Source of the DNA: Candidatus Uhrbacteria bacterium CG10_big_fil_rev_8_21_14_0_10_48_11
GTDB lineage: Bacteria; Patescibacteriota; Patescibacteriia; GWA2-46-9
Length of the DNA stretch: 64,000 bases
Reading direction: 5' to 3'
NCBI GenBank assembly: GCA_002793855.1
Contig: PFET01000001.1
Span: 19,520-83,519 of the forward strand
This document shows positions 62,559-64,000 of this stretch, in pieces. How positions within the stretch are numbered: position 1 is the first letter of the stretch; each line of letters starts with the position of its first letter. The translations under genes were made by a program, and so were the position numbers. A model generated the notes under the pieces. That model saw only the letters and a program-made list of their open reading frames with translations, was not told the DNA's origin and made no database searches.

Positions 62559-63984
62559 GTTCCTTAAATGGAACACCCTGCTCTTTAGATATTAAACAGC
62601 TCAGAGGAGAGAGACTCTGTAGCACCACCCTCGGGTTCACGCCCGGCGTGGCGCTGCGCAAAAAGACGTAGCTCTCCAAAATAGTTGCGTCTTTTTGTTT
62701 GCTGGCAAGGTGTGCGGCAACTTCTGGGGCTAGACCTGTTTTCGGTAACACGAATCAGGGCGGCTCGCGGTAAGACTGGGTTGGTCTTGACTAACCTGCT
62801 CCTACTTCAAAGCCCTTAACTTGGGTGGTCTTCGGACCAAAACTCAAGTCCTAGCCCGGAGGTTGGTGGACATCTTACGATGACGCCTTTGTGGTGGTCC
62901 CGTTATCGGGGCACCCACCGACGTGGAGGGTCAGACTCGTTCCGCTTAACGTGGACGAGGGTTCCGGCGGAAGGCTGGTTCTGGTATCTACTAGAACTTC
63001 CCTTCTCAAAGAACATACCAGCACGCACCTTCGGGTAGTGTGTTGCCCTAACCCCCAGATCGGTGGGTTATTCTATAACTCACAAACATTGAAGTAGAGA
63101 TGTCCCTCGTGCCGCAACGGCACATCATCTCTGCTTACAACTCGCGTGGCATGAGAGTTCCTGCCCATCGGGGGACGAGGCAGGACCAGAAAAGGAAACC
63201 GAGGGAAATTCCGCCCTCACCTTTTCGCTCGTATTGCTGCGCCGGCGGAGTGGTTGTGGTTGCGCGTATCCCTGCACCCACCCTCCGCCGAATTTTGACC
63301 GAATGGCCTTAGGTTAGATTTTGTCTAACCTCCACCTCGGTTACTGGCGCCGACGAACAATAAAAGTCCTCTCTAAGAGGGGGCCAACACTCGATATTGT
63401 ACTCGTCCGCGCTGTTCAGGGGGCTTGGCTTGTCTGTACTCGCCAACGCCCCCTTCCTCTTTACGCGATAGAGAAACGCGCCCATTGCGATGAACGGCAT
63501 GAACCGTTAATCTCAATGGGCGCCTTAGGCCTCCTTCGGCGCAAACCGGCACCGGCGGCGAATCGGGCAAATGAGCCGCCGGTGCCACCAAATTTTCCGA
63601 GGAGGTACGATCCTCCACTCCTCGGGATCGGAGGGAGTCAGTAAAGGGTGAGACGTTTCCCAAAATGCTCACCCCAAGCTGTACTCCCTCCAACTATCCA
63701 CTGGGTCACCGCCCCCGACCTAGTGGACTAGGGAGAAGAGTGTGCGTGTTAGGTAAGTCGCCCCACAAATGACTAACCTTTACCGCACTCTTCTCCCTCC
63801 CTTTCTCTGTGCTATCCTACTAATGAGCAACTGTTCATTTCCTCTCGTGGGGCAAGTAGCTCTCAAACACAAACGTCTCTCAAACGAGAAACGTATGTCG
63901 CGAGAAAATCTCTCTCCTCCTACTTGCCCCGCGAGAGGATACGCAAACTAAAATCCCATTCAAAAGTATGGGATTTTAGTTTTG
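62559..63984 (+). ncRNA. Candidate giant (~1.4 kb) structured non-coding RNA of unknown class
   Basis: Promoter and terminator bracket a GC-rich tract of consecutive hairpins with G.U pairs and UUCG loops; no credible ORF. Confidence 0.75.
63945..63984 (+). terminator. Terminator hairpin closing the large RNA
   Basis: AAACTAAAATCCCA-loop-TGGGATTTTAGTTTTG. Confidence 0.75.
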
Positions 63985-64000
63985 TAAATAATAGTAATAA

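Noticed and set aside
62518-63951. Short ORFs (60-107 aa) on both strands
   Set aside because: They overlap, mostly use non-ATG starts, carry no motifs and have the Pro/Arg-rich composition expected of GC-rich non-coding DNA
62559-63984. Group II or group I intron, 23S fragment, tmRNA or RNase P
   Set aside because: No domain-V AGC/GNRA hairpin, P7 elements, rRNA universal motifs, tRNA-like ends or GAGGAAAGUCC core were seen; the unit has its own promoter and terminator and interrupts no gene

Overview
Chromosomal segment of a Patescibacteria (CPR) bacterium, probably Parcubacteria/ABY1-like. The evidence is a stand-alone 16S rRNA with shortened helices and a V1 insertion, a short SMC, secG next to a family-5 binding protein, a VirB2-like pilin and a giant Cys-rich surface protein. 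The window carries housekeeping genes (radA, recG, rsmA/ksgA, tsaC, leuS, uvrA, secG, rnj, parB, trmD, khpA, rpsP, smc), nine intact tRNAs and a ~20 kb minus-strand T4SS-like operon (VirB4, PrgI, VirB6-like, 2911-aa protein) with no relaxase or integrase in view. It also has many decaying accessory pseudogenes, an AT-rich island with an IS481-family remnant and PEP-synthase-like fragments, and several short palindromic repeat families inserted in or near tRNAs, the 16S gene and rpsP. The most striking element is at the right end (~62559-63984): a GC-rich ~1.4 kb unit with no credible ORF, between a near-consensus sigma70 promoter and a strong terminator hairpin, folding almost end to end into hairpins. 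It is a candidate giant non-coding RNA that matches no class I recognise. A second oddity is an intact tRNA-Ser(TGA) nested in the anticodon loop of a degenerate copy of itself. All calls were made by eye; no searches or folding programs were run.
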